A stretch of DNA of 64,000 bases from an uncultured Gammaproteobacteria bacterium (GCA_964445435.1 CAYUKU010000004.1:9795-73794); one strand, 5' to 3'. Shown: positions 9,672 through 18,846, counted from the stretch's first letter. Numbers and translations are program-made. The notes: a model not told the origin generated them from the letters alone.

Positions 9672-10409
9672 ATGTCGATGTATCGCTATTTGAAAGCGCC
9701 GCCCCGCAGGGTGAGGCGACTACGTAGGGGGGGAAGAATTTCGTTTGTCCTCATGTCAATTGGAGGATTGCTGTTGTTTTGGGCGCTTTGGCCGATTTTG
9801 TCATTCACCGCGATCAGCGATGAAATATTTTCCAAAACGATTGCGCCGATCGGGGAGGCGGTCAGTACTACGCGAGTGAACAAGTCACTTTCGCCTGTTG
9901 CAGTTGCCGCAGACAGTGGACTTACGAGTGTCGATTTTACGAACGCCAACGCATGGTATCCGTCAGTTCCTCAAAAACGCGTCGTTACTCCTGTAAATTC
10001 GTATACACTTTCAATCCCGAAGCTCAAGATCAAGGACGCACTTGTCCGTATTGGAGCGGATGACCTTAGCGAAAGCCTTATTCATTATGGAGGAACGGGA
10101 TTGCCGGGTGAATTCGGAATTGCCGTGGTCTTTGGGCATTCCACATTGCCGCAATTTTTCTCACCCACAAACTATAAATCGATTTTTTCACTCCTCCCGA
10201 CATTGGAGAAGGGGGATCGAGTTTTTGTAACTTACGATGGCGTTGAGTATGTATATGAAATATTTGAAATGGTTGTGGTTGAGCCGACAGACGTGTCTAT
10301 CCTGGAACAGCGTTTCGATGATTCGTACTTGACGCTCGTTACCTGTGTCCCGCCTGGTACGTATTGGAAGCGTCTCAATGTGAAGGCAAGGCTTATGACA
10401 CTCGAATAG
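9672..10409 (+). CDS. sortase-family transpeptidase
   Basis: N-terminal TM anchor; catalytic His in 'VVFGHSTL'; catalytic Cys in 'LTLVTCVPPG'; downstream Arg. Confidence 0.75.
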   Translation: MSMYRYLKAPPRRVRRLRRGGRISFVLMSIGGLLLFWALWPILSFTAISDEIFSKTIAPIGEAVSTTRVNKSLSPVAVAADSGLTSVDFTNANAWYPSVPQKRVVTPVNSYTLSIPKLKIKDALVRIGADDLSESLIHYGGTGLPGEFGIAVVFGHSTLPQFFSPTNYKSIFSLLPTLEKGDRVFVTYDGVEYVYEIFEMVVVEPTDVSILEQRFDDSYLTLVTCVPPGTYWKRLNVKARLMTLE

Positions 10410-10446
10410 ATAGACAGAAATGGTATACTATCTACGATTTTGAACG

Positions 10447-10639
10447 TATGTTTAAAAATATCATTGCTCCCATGCAGGCATGGCTTCTTTCACAGGGGAA
10501 ATGCGTAGGCTGTGGAAAACCGCTTGAGAAAGGGAAAAGGGCAGGAGTATTTCGGGTGGTTTGCGTATGTGGGCGAATATACATATATGATAGCGGTAGC
10601 GCAACTTTCAGAAGGGCAACATTAGATGAAGCGAAGTAA
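10447..10639 (+). CDS. small zinc-ribbon protein
   Basis: 'CVGCGKP...VVCVCGRIY', i.e. CxxC...CxC. The start is taken at ATG 10447. The ORF-track start at 10364 would overlap the sortase 3' end. The 3' end overlaps the mltG start. Confidence 0.4.
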
Positions 10640-11612
10640 ACCATACTCATTTGCTTCCCGTTTTGTTATCGTTTTTTTTGTCTTTGTGGTGTTTGCGTGG
10701 GGCGGGTGGCTTTGGTGGCGTGATAGTATATCCGCGGTGAATTCCGCTGATACGATTCCTGTAAGTTTTACTATCAAAAGCGGAGAGGGAGTAAAAACCA
10801 TTGCAGCGAATCTTGCACAGGAAGGGTTAATACGCAGTCCGACAGGTTTTTTTATCCTCGTGAAAATATTGGGAATTGAACGACAATTGCAGGCAGGGGA
10901 TTTTCGTCTTACCCGATCCATGGATGCTCGAACTATTGCGCTTGAACTTACGCATGGAATTTTGGATCAGTGGGTGACGACACTGGAGGGTTGGCGAAGC
11001 GAAGAGATTGCCGCGCGGATAGCAAAAGATTTGGATATCCCTGAACAAGAATTTCTTAAATTAACCAGAGAAGGGTATATGTTTCCTGATACATACCTCA
11101 TTCCTAGGGATGCCACTGCAGCAGGCATTGTGGCAATGTTCATAGACAATTTCAATAAAAAGATAACAACGCAAATGCGTCAAGATGCCTCCAAAACCGG
11201 GCTTTCCTTTGAGGAAGTCGTTATTCTCGCATCCATCGTGGAGCGGGAGGGAAAAAGTTCCACGGATCGTCCTATTATTGCAGGAATTTTGTTAAAGCGT
11301 CTGAAAAACAATTGGCCCCTTCAGGCTGACGCAACACTTCAATACGCACTTGGATATCAACCATTTGAAAAGACATGGTGGAAAAAAACATTGACAAATA
11401 ACGATAAGCAGGTCCGTTCACCTTTTAATACATACGAGAACCCGGGACTTCCTCCGCACCCAATTTCCAATCCGGGCGTGGAGTCTATACGTGCAGTAAT
11501 CTACGCGCAGGAAACAGCGTATTGGTATTATCTTCATGACGCGGCCGGGGGTGTGCATTACGCTGAAACACTCGAACAGCATAACGCGAATATATCGCAA
11601 TTTCTCCAATAA
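10626..11612 (+). CDS. mltG: endolytic murein transglycosylase MltG (YceG family)
   Basis: N-terminal TM helix, a LysM-like region and the YceG motifs 'FPDTYLIP' and 'PGLPPHPISNPGVESIRAV'. Confidence 0.85.
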   Translation: MKRSKPYSFASRFVIVFFVFVVFAWGGWLWWRDSISAVNSADTIPVSFTIKSGEGVKTIAANLAQEGLIRSPTGFFILVKILGIERQLQAGDFRLTRSMDARTIALELTHGILDQWVTTLEGWRSEEIAARIAKDLDIPEQEFLKLTREGYMFPDTYLIPRDATAAGIVAMFIDNFNKKITTQMRQDASKTGLSFEEVVILASIVEREGKSSTDRPIIAGILLKRLKNNWPLQADATLQYALGYQPFEKTWWKKTLTNNDKQVRSPFNTYENPGLPPHPISNPGVESIRAVIYAQETAYWYYLHDAAGGVHYAETLEQHNANISQFLQ

Positions 11613-11623
11613 ATAGCCCCCGT

Positions 11624-13306
11624 ATGAAAAAAGTGGTCGCTAGTGTTTTGAGCGCGATAGCCGTATTTTTGGCATTGCCTTCTGCAACTTATGCCGAGCA
11701 AATCTCGAGCTTCAAAGGGCGCATAGATATCCGAAAGGACGGCACGATACGATTGGAAGAGCGTATCGATTACGACTTCGCTGATGAGGAGCGACATGGA
11801 ATACTTCGGACGATTCCACTTATAAAAACGAACGAAGAAGGAAAGAAATTTACTCTTGCGCTTTATGATTTTTCAGTGACAGACGCAAAGAATTATGACT
11901 ATCCGTATTCGATATCAACCAAACAAAGTGAGATTATATTAAAAATTGGTGACCCCAATCGAACAATTCAAGGAAAACACGTGTATGCAATTTCCTACGA
12001 AGTTGCAGGCGCCATAAGCTATTTTTCAGATCATGATGAATTGTATTGGAATGTAACGGGGAACGGTTGGGATGTCTCTATAGACGAATCTGTCGCAACA
12101 GTGATCCTTCCACAGGAAATTTCAGGCAAAGAAATCAGAATCGCATGTTTTACGGGACAGATCGGCTCCACTGGGGGGAGCTGTGATACTTCGTATGATG
12201 AGAAAAATCGGTCAGTGCAAGTGAAAACACGATTTCCTCTCGCGCCGGGTGAAGGTCTCACGGTAGCAATCGGATTTCCGAAAGGGGTGGTAGCTGTTCT
12301 GGAACCGAAAGAATATGTCCCATTTTGGGATTCATTTTGGGGAAGAGTTCTTTTGGGCCTTATAATTCTTGCTGCAATATTGTGGTATATAGTTTTGCCC
12401 CTCGTCTTGCCGATCCTGTGGTGGAGGTATGGCCGTGACCCTTCTCCTTCAGTCGGAGAAGCGACTGCGTGGTTTGAACCCCCGAAGGGCAGGAATGGCC
12501 GATTGCTCACGCCAGCCGAGACCGGTACGCTCGTTGACGAACGCGCAGATACTGCAGATATCACTGCGGCCATAATTGATATGGCCCGTCGAGGATATTT
12601 GAGGATCGTGGAAAAGAAAAAAGGTGATATTGAGCTGGAAAAAGTAACGCGTCGCGTAAATGATGACGAATTGCAGCCGTACGAAGAAATTCTTTTGGAG
12701 GGACTATTTAAAGATGAGGATGCAGTAACGCTGAAATCATCCAGCCTCGTTAAAGTTATGGCGGATACCAAGCGTGCGCTGTATGCATCAGCAATGGCCG
12801 AAGGATTCTTCCCCAAAAATCCAGAGACTATCCGCACGACATTTTCCGTGGCAAGTGCAGTTGCGCTTGTTACGGGAAACTTTCTTCTATTTTTATCGAT
12901 ACTCTTTTTCGGGTATCACATGCCGCGAAAAACTTTCATTGGCGCTCAAGCGGCAACGATAGCACGTTCCCTTAAGAATTTCATTATTAGTCAGGAGAGG
13001 CAGTTTACGTTTCAAGCGGAAAAGCAGCTGCTTTTCGAGAAGATGCTTCCGTTTGCCATCGTTTTCGGAGTGGAAAAAATCTGGATCGCGAGATTTGCCC
13101 AGATGCACCTTTCGAGGCCACAGTGGTATCGCGGATATTCCGCGGATCATTTCAATGCAGGCGCATTTACAGATTCAATGCGCAGTATGTCGACCGGAAT
13201 ATCACGTGCGGCAACGCCAACATCCAGTTCACGTGGATTTTCATCCGGATTTTCAGGAGGATCTTCAGGGGGCGGAGGCGGCGGAGGTGGGGGAGGGAGC
13301 TGGTAG
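11624..13306 (+). CDS. DUF2207 domain membrane protein
   Basis: Signal peptide, a DUF2207-like N-terminal domain, TM helices and the typical Gly-rich C-terminus 'GGSSGGGGGGGGGGSW'. Confidence 0.7.
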   Translation: MKKVVASVLSAIAVFLALPSATYAEQISSFKGRIDIRKDGTIRLEERIDYDFADEERHGILRTIPLIKTNEEGKKFTLALYDFSVTDAKNYDYPYSISTKQSEIILKIGDPNRTIQGKHVYAISYEVAGAISYFSDHDELYWNVTGNGWDVSIDESVATVILPQEISGKEIRIACFTGQIGSTGGSCDTSYDEKNRSVQVKTRFPLAPGEGLTVAIGFPKGVVAVLEPKEYVPFWDSFWGRVLLGLIILAAILWYIVLPLVLPILWWRYGRDPSPSVGEATAWFEPPKGRNGRLLTPAETGTLVDERADTADITAAIIDMARRGYLRIVEKKKGDIELEKVTRRVNDDELQPYEEILLEGLFKDEDAVTLKSSSLVKVMADTKRALYASAMAEGFFPKNPETIRTTFSVASAVALVTGNFLLFLSILFFGYHMPRKTFIGAQAATIARSLKNFIISQERQFTFQAEKQLLFEKMLPFAIVFGVEKIWIARFAQMHLSRPQWYRGYSADHFNAGAFTDSMRSMSTGISRAATPTSSSRGFSSGFSGGSSGGGGGGGGGGSW

Positions 13307-13309
13307 TCT

Positions 13310-13516
13310 ATGGTACTTTCTCCTGAAAGACGAGAACAGCTGAGTAGGGAGAAATTCGTAGTACGGTGTCCCTCATGTCATCAACTGACGGAGACCGGTT
13401 ATTCTGAGTGGGATGTGGAAGTGATAAAGGAGCACCCGGGCAATGGAATACAGTTTCGTTGCGAACACTGCGAAGCTCCACTGAATTACAATCCCTCCGA
13501 AGGGGAGTTCGTATAA
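13310..13516 (+). CDS. small zinc-ribbon protein
   Basis: Two CxxC pairs ('CPSCHQ', 'CEHCEAP'). The gene lies 4 nt after the DUF2207 stop. Confidence 0.45.
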   Translation: MVLSPERREQLSREKFVVRCPSCHQLTETGYSEWDVEVIKEHPGNGIQFRCEHCEAPLNYNPSEGEFV

Positions 13517-13524
13517 GGCCGAGA

Positions 13525-13854
13525 CTACCTTAAAGAGTTTTTTATGTCCTGCTGGATTTTCCGTTTTACTTTTTCCGCAGTCGTAAGGATTGCTTTCTCG
13601 ATGTTTATACCGCTTTTTTCATGAAGGAATTCAAGAATCCGCCTATCGTCCGGCGTAGCGTGAAAACGAACGAGGAACGGTTCGTGATGCTCCTTGGGTA
13701 GTAGCTTGAGAATTGTGGCGAGAATTTCCTGGTGTAAGGTCTGGTCCATAAGTTCGATGAGTTGCCTGCGTTCCTGTGGAGTGAGTTTGTGCGAATCGAG
13801 AACGGCTACGAGTTCCTCGAAAATAATCAGATGGTCAAAAAAAAGTTTCGCCAT
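13525..13854 (-). CDS. hypothetical helical protein
   Basis: 109-aa ORF whose ATG overlaps the stop of the upstream minus-strand gene (coupled). No recognisable motif. Confidence 0.4.
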   Translation of the reverse strand: MAKLFFDHLIIFEELVAVLDSHKLTPQERRQLIELMDQTLHQEILATILKLLPKEHHEPFLVRFHATPDDRRILEFLHEKSGINIEKAILTTAEKVKRKIQQDIKNSLR

Positions 13855-14756
13855 TATGTCCCTTTCGCTAGAGCCAGATATGTATCTTTATCTACCGGAC
13901 CCAACGGAATTTTATCTTCTGGATCATCGATAAATAAGACGAGGACGGGGCCTTTTTGTGCTCCGTCTTTTGATTCTAGGTAGTGCATGACCTCGGGTGA
14001 TCCGCCGAAACTCTTACCCGTAAACTTAGCAGGACCCGCGTCCGCGATAACCGCAACGACGGTTTTTCCATTCTTTGGATTCATGACTAGTACCTTTCTA
14101 TATTTATACCACTGTCGAAGATAGGAGAGTCGTTGTTCCCAATCGGGAAGATACAGAGTTTGCACGGCAACATAATACTTTTCTTTCTCATAGAGATCCG
14201 CAGTCATCTGAGCTTTTGAAGAGGCGAAATATCCCCAGGCGCCGCGTCCCGGAGTAATACCTGCTTCACGATACGCATCTTTTTCTTCCATGGTGTCACC
14301 CGGGTAGCGCGGCAGATGTTGCTCTGCTCCTATGTACCCATATGTCGTATTGAGGTGTTCTCCGTCCAGGCGTGCTTTTACCGGCATGTTCCAGCTTAGA
14401 CGGATTAATTTTTCGACGGCGTCTTCCTCATCTGCAGTGAGCGGTCTGGGATCTGATGGAAGGATCGCGCGAAGGTTTGCGCTGGTAATGCTACGAAGTT
14501 TATCGGTTGGCATAGAAGAGAGTTTTTCCGTGTTCTGAGGTAGGTGGGTTAGGAGCGGATTAGAAAGAACCATTGCTCCGGCCAGGGCGCCGGCGCTAGC
14601 GAGTTTGCTGGCGTGGTGTCGGATGTGTCTAATTTGGAGTCCGCGATTCGCAAACCACTGCGATACATGAGGATATCGGCGTTGAATTTTCCTTTCGGAA
14701 ATTTCGGCATGACGCTCAAGAGCCTGACGTAGTTTCGAGGTATCGAGAGTGGCCAT
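13854..14756 (-). CDS. membrane-anchored RlpA-like double-psi beta-barrel (DPBB) protein
   Basis: N-terminal cytoplasmic tail and TM helix ('LASAGALAGAMVLSNPLL'). The C-terminal region matches the RlpA/DPBB pattern: 'GAWGYF' (G-ASWYG), 'YYVAVQTLYLP' (AAH-tLP), 'KVLVMNPKNGKTVVAVIADAGP' (VtN-NGksvvVrvnDRGP) and 'GKSFGGSPEVM'. Confidence 0.4.
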   Translation of the reverse strand: MATLDTSKLRQALERHAEISERKIQRRYPHVSQWFANRGLQIRHIRHHASKLASAGALAGAMVLSNPLLTHLPQNTEKLSSMPTDKLRSITSANLRAILPSDPRPLTADEEDAVEKLIRLSWNMPVKARLDGEHLNTTYGYIGAEQHLPRYPGDTMEEKDAYREAGITPGRGAWGYFASSKAQMTADLYEKEKYYVAVQTLYLPDWEQRLSYLRQWYKYRKVLVMNPKNGKTVVAVIADAGPAKFTGKSFGGSPEVMHYLESKDGAQKGPVLVLFIDDPEDKIPLGPVDKDTYLALAKGT

Positions 14757-14785
14757 GGATATATAATTATTGTACTATAGATCGC

Positions 14786-15367
14786 ATGTCCAGATATGCC
14801 TCCACATTTCGCGAGATAACGTTGAACGCACAAACAATACGATACGAAATCCGCATAAGTCCAAGAGCACGGTATCTGCGTATGACAATGAATCTGAAGG
14901 GAGAGCTAATAGTGTCCGTGCCGAAGTATGGAGGAATGCATTTCGTGGAAGAATTTCTCAGGGATAAGGCCTCATGGATTCTGAAGCATCATCGCCGTAT
15001 GGAGAAATTGCAAGAAAAAACAGTGCTTCCTCATGAGGAGGAAGTGTATGTGAAAAATAAGAATATATTTCTCAAACAACTGACTGAACGTTTGGATTTC
15101 TTTAGCGCATTGTACGGATTTTCATACGGAAAAGTGCGAGTGAGAAATCAAACGTCGTTATGGGGAAGCTGCACACGCGCAGGAAATCTCCAGTTTAACT
15201 TCAAGTTAAGCTACCTGCCGAAAGAAGCGATTGATTACGTGGTTGTACACGAAATTTGTCACCTGAAGGAACATAATCACAGCCCCAGATTTTGGGCGTT
15301 GGTAGAAAAAACAATTCCAAATCACAAAAAAATACGAAAGATGCTCCGTGGATACATCCTCGCGTAA
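14786..15367 (+). CDS. YgjP/DUF45-family (M48-like) zinc metallopeptidase
   Basis: HExxH in 'VVHEICHLKEHNHSPRFWALV', which is typical of DUF45/SprT-like metallopeptidases. Confidence 0.7.
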   Translation: MSRYASTFREITLNAQTIRYEIRISPRARYLRMTMNLKGELIVSVPKYGGMHFVEEFLRDKASWILKHHRRMEKLQEKTVLPHEEEVYVKNKNIFLKQLTERLDFFSALYGFSYGKVRVRNQTSLWGSCTRAGNLQFNFKLSYLPKEAIDYVVVHEICHLKEHNHSPRFWALVEKTIPNHKKIRKMLRGYILA

Positions 15368-15392
15368 CGAGGTGCTATAATGATCCGACTTT

Positions 15393-16451
15393 ATGCAGAC
15401 CACTATCATTTGTCCCCATTGCAAAGAAGAAATTGAGCTTACCCAGGCGCTTACGCATCAGATAGAAGAGAAGGTGTTGGGAGACCAGAAAAGAAAACAT
15501 GAAGAAGAACTTGAGGCACTTCAGAAAAAACTGGAGACAGCGCAAAACGCAGAACTGGAAGTTCGTAAAGAAAGAAACAAATTGGAAGAGGAGCGTCGAA
15601 CTTTCGAATTGGAAAAACAAAGACAACTGGATAAGGAACGGGAGACGATACGTCAGAAAACCGCTCAAGAAATCATGGAGTCCCAGCGTTTGAAAGATAA
15701 AGAGAAAGACAAAGTGATTGACGACCTCAAAAAGGCGCTGGAAGACGCGCAGAGAAAAGCAACACAAGGTTCCCAGCAACTCCAGGGAGAAGTGCAGGAA
15801 CTTGATTTGGAACAGATGCTCAAAAAAGAATTTCCTGAAGATTTTGTAGAGCCTATCGGGAAAGGGGTACTTGGGGCTGATGTCAGACAGACGGTAAAAA
15901 ACCAGCGGGGCATAGCGTGTGGCGTGATATTGTGGGAGTCAAAGCGGACGAAGGCCTGGTCTGACGGCTGGATCGGGAAATTGAAAGAGGATCTTCGAAA
16001 CGACAGGGCGAATGTTCCCGTTATCGTCAGCGAGGTTGTACCGGACGAGATTAGTAGGATTGGAATAGGCGAAAAAAACGGTGTATATATTTGTCGCCCC
16101 ACACTTGCTTACGCACTTGCGCTTCTTCTGCGTCGTGGCTTGTTGTACGCAGATCGCTTGAAAATGGTGGCAGAAAATAAACAAACCAAGGCAGAAGAAT
16201 TATACGCATTCGTGACGAGTCATGAGTTTACGCAGAATGTGGAAGCAATGATAGAAATATATGTTGAGATGAGAAATCAAATACAAAAGGAGCGCATAGC
16301 GTTTGAAAAATCCTGGAAACTCAGAGAGTCCCAAGTCCAGCGTCTGCTTAGTGGTGTCGCAGGCATGTATGGAAACATGCAGGGCATCGCGGGAACTGCA
16401 CTTCCTCCGATTCGACATCTGGAGTTGAGTGGTGACACATCGAACGATTAA
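15393..16451 (+). CDS. DUF2130 protein (zinc ribbon, coiled coil and a restriction-endonuclease-like C-terminal domain)
   Basis: N-terminal 'IICPHCKEEIELTQAL', a long E/K/Q-rich coiled coil, and a C-terminal 'GADVRQ...GVILWESKRTK' (D...E.K nuclease-like). The gene lies 26 nt downstream of the DUF45 gene. Confidence 0.6.
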   Translation: MQTTIICPHCKEEIELTQALTHQIEEKVLGDQKRKHEEELEALQKKLETAQNAELEVRKERNKLEEERRTFELEKQRQLDKERETIRQKTAQEIMESQRLKDKEKDKVIDDLKKALEDAQRKATQGSQQLQGEVQELDLEQMLKKEFPEDFVEPIGKGVLGADVRQTVKNQRGIACGVILWESKRTKAWSDGWIGKLKEDLRNDRANVPVIVSEVVPDEISRIGIGEKNGVYICRPTLAYALALLLRRGLLYADRLKMVAENKQTKAEELYAFVTSHEFTQNVEAMIEIYVEMRNQIQKERIAFEKSWKLRESQVQRLLSGVAGMYGNMQGIAGTALPPIRHLELSGDTSND

Positions 16452-17374
16452 GTGATTGTATACACTACCGTGTAGACGCCGAAATCCTTCCCTCCGAGTT
16501 CGTATTTATAACGTTCTGACCCCTGCAGGAAATTATATTCGTCAAACCCCCGTTCGATCGCCATTTTGATACTTTGGGCTTTGAGGTAAAATCCTGCGTT
16601 CTGACAACACGATCGGTCAAATCCGGAGTTGTAGAGATAGTACGTTTTGTTATGAATGAACGACAGCGTTCCTGCGGATGGAATTCCATCGACTGTAAGA
16701 AGTAGGAGCGAAATTTGGTCTTTGAATTCCTTCGCCATCTCTAAGAAGAAAATTTTCATTTGGGTGGTCAGAAAATTCCGTTTTGCAGGATTCTTTTCCA
16801 TGAGAGATAGGAAAGTTTCCATATCTGAGGAAGGATGATCACTCTCTTGGTATGTTCCGTTTGGATGTTCCCGTTCGAACTTTCGTAACTTTCTTTCCAG
16901 TTCATGACGATATTTACGAGTAAGAGAAGCTAAATATTTTTCCCACGAAGAAGGAAGTATCACCCGTGGTGTCGTATCTTCTTTCTGGACAACTGCGTTT
17001 GGAATTTTTGAGAAATACTCAAGGGTTGCTGAAGATTCCGGAATATTTCGTAGGTGAAGACGGGTAACGCCTTCTTTTTTGACATATGCGATAATTTCTT
17101 CCCACGCATGTTTTTTCTGTTCGTATCCTCCCAGGATATCCAGATAATCAGCTATCTCTTCTCCTCCTGAGAAGCGTATTGTGTGTTTGGTTTTCACGAA
17201 CGGGGCGATAACCTGGTTATTGTATGTAAGGATGTATTCGTCAGCGTGCATCTCAAAAACTCGATACCAGAGTTTGTGCCAGTCGTAACAAACGAACGGA
17301 CCCGGAATGCCATTTTCGTGACAGGCATGATGCCATATCTCTTCAGCGTCCCGGAAGGGGACTTGTGTAATCAT
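16448..17374 (-). CDS. GNAT-fold acyltransferase, FemAB/CelD (Acetyltransf_6)-like
   Basis: 308 aa; 'LYNSGFD...YKYELGG' is typical of the BioF2/CelD/FemAB-like GNAT family. Confidence 0.55.
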   Translation of the reverse strand: MITQVPFRDAEEIWHHACHENGIPGPFVCYDWHKLWYRVFEMHADEYILTYNNQVIAPFVKTKHTIRFSGGEEIADYLDILGGYEQKKHAWEEIIAYVKKEGVTRLHLRNIPESSATLEYFSKIPNAVVQKEDTTPRVILPSSWEKYLASLTRKYRHELERKLRKFEREHPNGTYQESDHPSSDMETFLSLMEKNPAKRNFLTTQMKIFFLEMAKEFKDQISLLLLTVDGIPSAGTLSFIHNKTYYLYNSGFDRSCCQNAGFYLKAQSIKMAIERGFDEYNFLQGSERYKYELGGKDFGVYTVVYTIT

Positions 17375-17381
17375 TGAAATA

Positions 17382-18242
17382 TTGTACTATACCGCTACGA
17401 CTATGGTGAAAGATAAATTCTCCGCAATATGGGTTTCCCATTCTTCAATAAGTGATTACCTGAAATGCCCAAGGGCATATTTCCTAAAAAATATCTATAG
17501 AGATCCGAAAACGGGACATAAGGTTATGCTCATGCAGCCGCCACTTGCATTGGGACAGGTCGTACATGAGGTGGTAGAATCCCTTTCCCGATTACCTGTC
17601 GATCAACGAGTTTTTGGACAACTTATGGATCATTTCTACAGTTCATGGCGTAGTGTAGCGGGAGATTTAGGAGGATTTGCAAGTCGTGAGGAGGAAGAAA
17701 AATATAAATCCCGGGGAGCCTCCATGATTCGACGCATCATGGAACATCCTGGCCGGTTACGGAACAAAGCCATCAAACTGCGGCAGGAGTTGCCATATTT
17801 TTGGTTATCCGAGGAAAACAACATTATTCTCTGCGGAAAAATCGACTGGCTTGAGTACAAAGAAGACACAGATAGTGTCCACATCATTGACTTTAAGACC
17901 GGCAAATTTGATGAAGATCCGGATTCGCTTCAATTGCCCATTTATCTCTTGCTGGTAAGAGCATGTCAGTCGCGTCCCGTATCAGGAGCAAGTTACTGGT
18001 ATCTAGACCGGGATGACGAGCCTACGGATGTGCCACTTCCGAATCCAGAGGCTTCACGGGCACGATTGCTGGAAATCGCCAATAAGATACATTTGGCCCG
18101 GAAATTAGAGCATTTCCGCTGTCCGCAAAAAGAAGGTTGTCGGGTTTGTCGGCCATACGAGTCAATCATAAACGGTGAAGCGACGTTTATCGCGACTGGC
18201 GGCTACTCTCAAGACATATATACCCTTACGAAGCGAACGTGA
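17382..18242 (+). CDS. PD-(D/E)XK nuclease, Cas4/AddB-like with a C-terminal Cys cluster
   Basis: N-terminal 'YLKCPRAYFLKN', the core 'IDFKTGK' and C-terminal 'FRCPQKEGCRVCRPY' (Fe-S-type cysteines). Confidence 0.6.
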   Translation: MYYTATTMVKDKFSAIWVSHSSISDYLKCPRAYFLKNIYRDPKTGHKVMLMQPPLALGQVVHEVVESLSRLPVDQRVFGQLMDHFYSSWRSVAGDLGGFASREEEEKYKSRGASMIRRIMEHPGRLRNKAIKLRQELPYFWLSEENNIILCGKIDWLEYKEDTDSVHIIDFKTGKFDEDPDSLQLPIYLLLVRACQSRPVSGASYWYLDRDDEPTDVPLPNPEASRARLLEIANKIHLARKLEHFRCPQKEGCRVCRPYESIINGEATFIATGGYSQDIYTLTKRT

Positions 18243-18245
18243 TGC

Positions 18246-18662
18246 TTACGCCCAAAGAGCGAGAATTCCTCCCATGACAAGCATCGATACGAATTGATAG
18301 CCCGTATTGATAAGGTAGAGTTTCAGTGGTTTCCCTCCAAAGATAACCTCGGTAAACTGAACTGGGGCGACAAATCCGAGCCAAACCATCGCGGCAAGTC
18401 CAGCTCCTTCCGCTAACGTGAGCGCTGGGATTGTCTTTACGAGAACGGCAAGCATGTAACTGGTGATAAGCGCAGCAACGAAGGAGAGGGTATACGTGCT
18501 GCCCATTTTATTTTTCGTCTTTTCCATGCTATTTTTCGTGAGTCCCATGAGTTTCATCCATGGCTTCGCAAATAAAAGTGGTGAATACCAGAGGAATCCC
18601 AGAATCATATTTACGATTGCGGCGACAAGCACGACGGGGATATTTATGTAAGTTTCGAACAT
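18246..18662 (-). CDS. DUF1761 membrane protein
   Basis: 'VAAIVNMILGFLWYSPLLFAKPWMKLMG' matches the DUF1761 N-terminus; four TM helices. Confidence 0.6.
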   Translation of the reverse strand: MFETYINIPVVLVAAIVNMILGFLWYSPLLFAKPWMKLMGLTKNSMEKTKNKMGSTYTLSFVAALITSYMLAVLVKTIPALTLAEGAGLAAMVWLGFVAPVQFTEVIFGGKPLKLYLINTGYQFVSMLVMGGILALWA

Positions 18663-18732
18663 ATGTGAGCCCTCCTTAATAGCATTATACGGGAAGGAAG
18701 CAGAGAAGTTGCAAGAGATGAAGAAGGTGGTA

Positions 18733-18760
18733 TTGACAACTTGAAAAAAATCCTTATAAT
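18733..18760 (+). promoter_or_regulatory. sigma70-like promoter for rpoB (TTGACA-N16-TATAAT)
   Basis: ttgaca at 18733-18738 and tataat at 18755-18760, ~90 nt upstream of the rpoB ATG. The leader contains a hairpin with arms gcgaac/gttcgc (18787-18805) followed by a U-rich tract. Confidence 0.55.
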
Positions 18761-18846
18761 CAGAGGATAAGTCAATAGTTACAAAGGCGAACGTTCATTG
18801 TTCGCTTCTTTTCGTCGTTCTTTTTGATATTATAAGGAATTATCCA

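Noticed and set aside
10364-10446. A longer version of the zinc-ribbon ORF starting at 10364.
   Set aside because: It would overlap the last 46 nt of the sortase gene in another frame. The Cys motifs all lie downstream of ATG 10447, so the shorter call is preferred. Neither has a clear SD.
18688-18699. The 12-mer GGAAGGAAGCAG is identical to part of the conserved domain-IV motif of SRP (4.5S) RNA.
   Set aside because: The rest of the SRP RNA helix is missing. There is no matching 5' strand, no GNRA loop context and no symmetric ~100-nt structure. The match lies in the divergent promoter/RBS region between the DUF1761 gene and rpoB, so I take it as coincidence.
18787-18805. A CGAAC...GTTCG palindrome resembling a Gram-positive LexA/Cheo box upstream of rpoB.
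   Set aside because: The spacing is N7, not the N4 of the Cheo consensus. No similar box precedes recA (59160-59241). It is more simply read as a leader hairpin.
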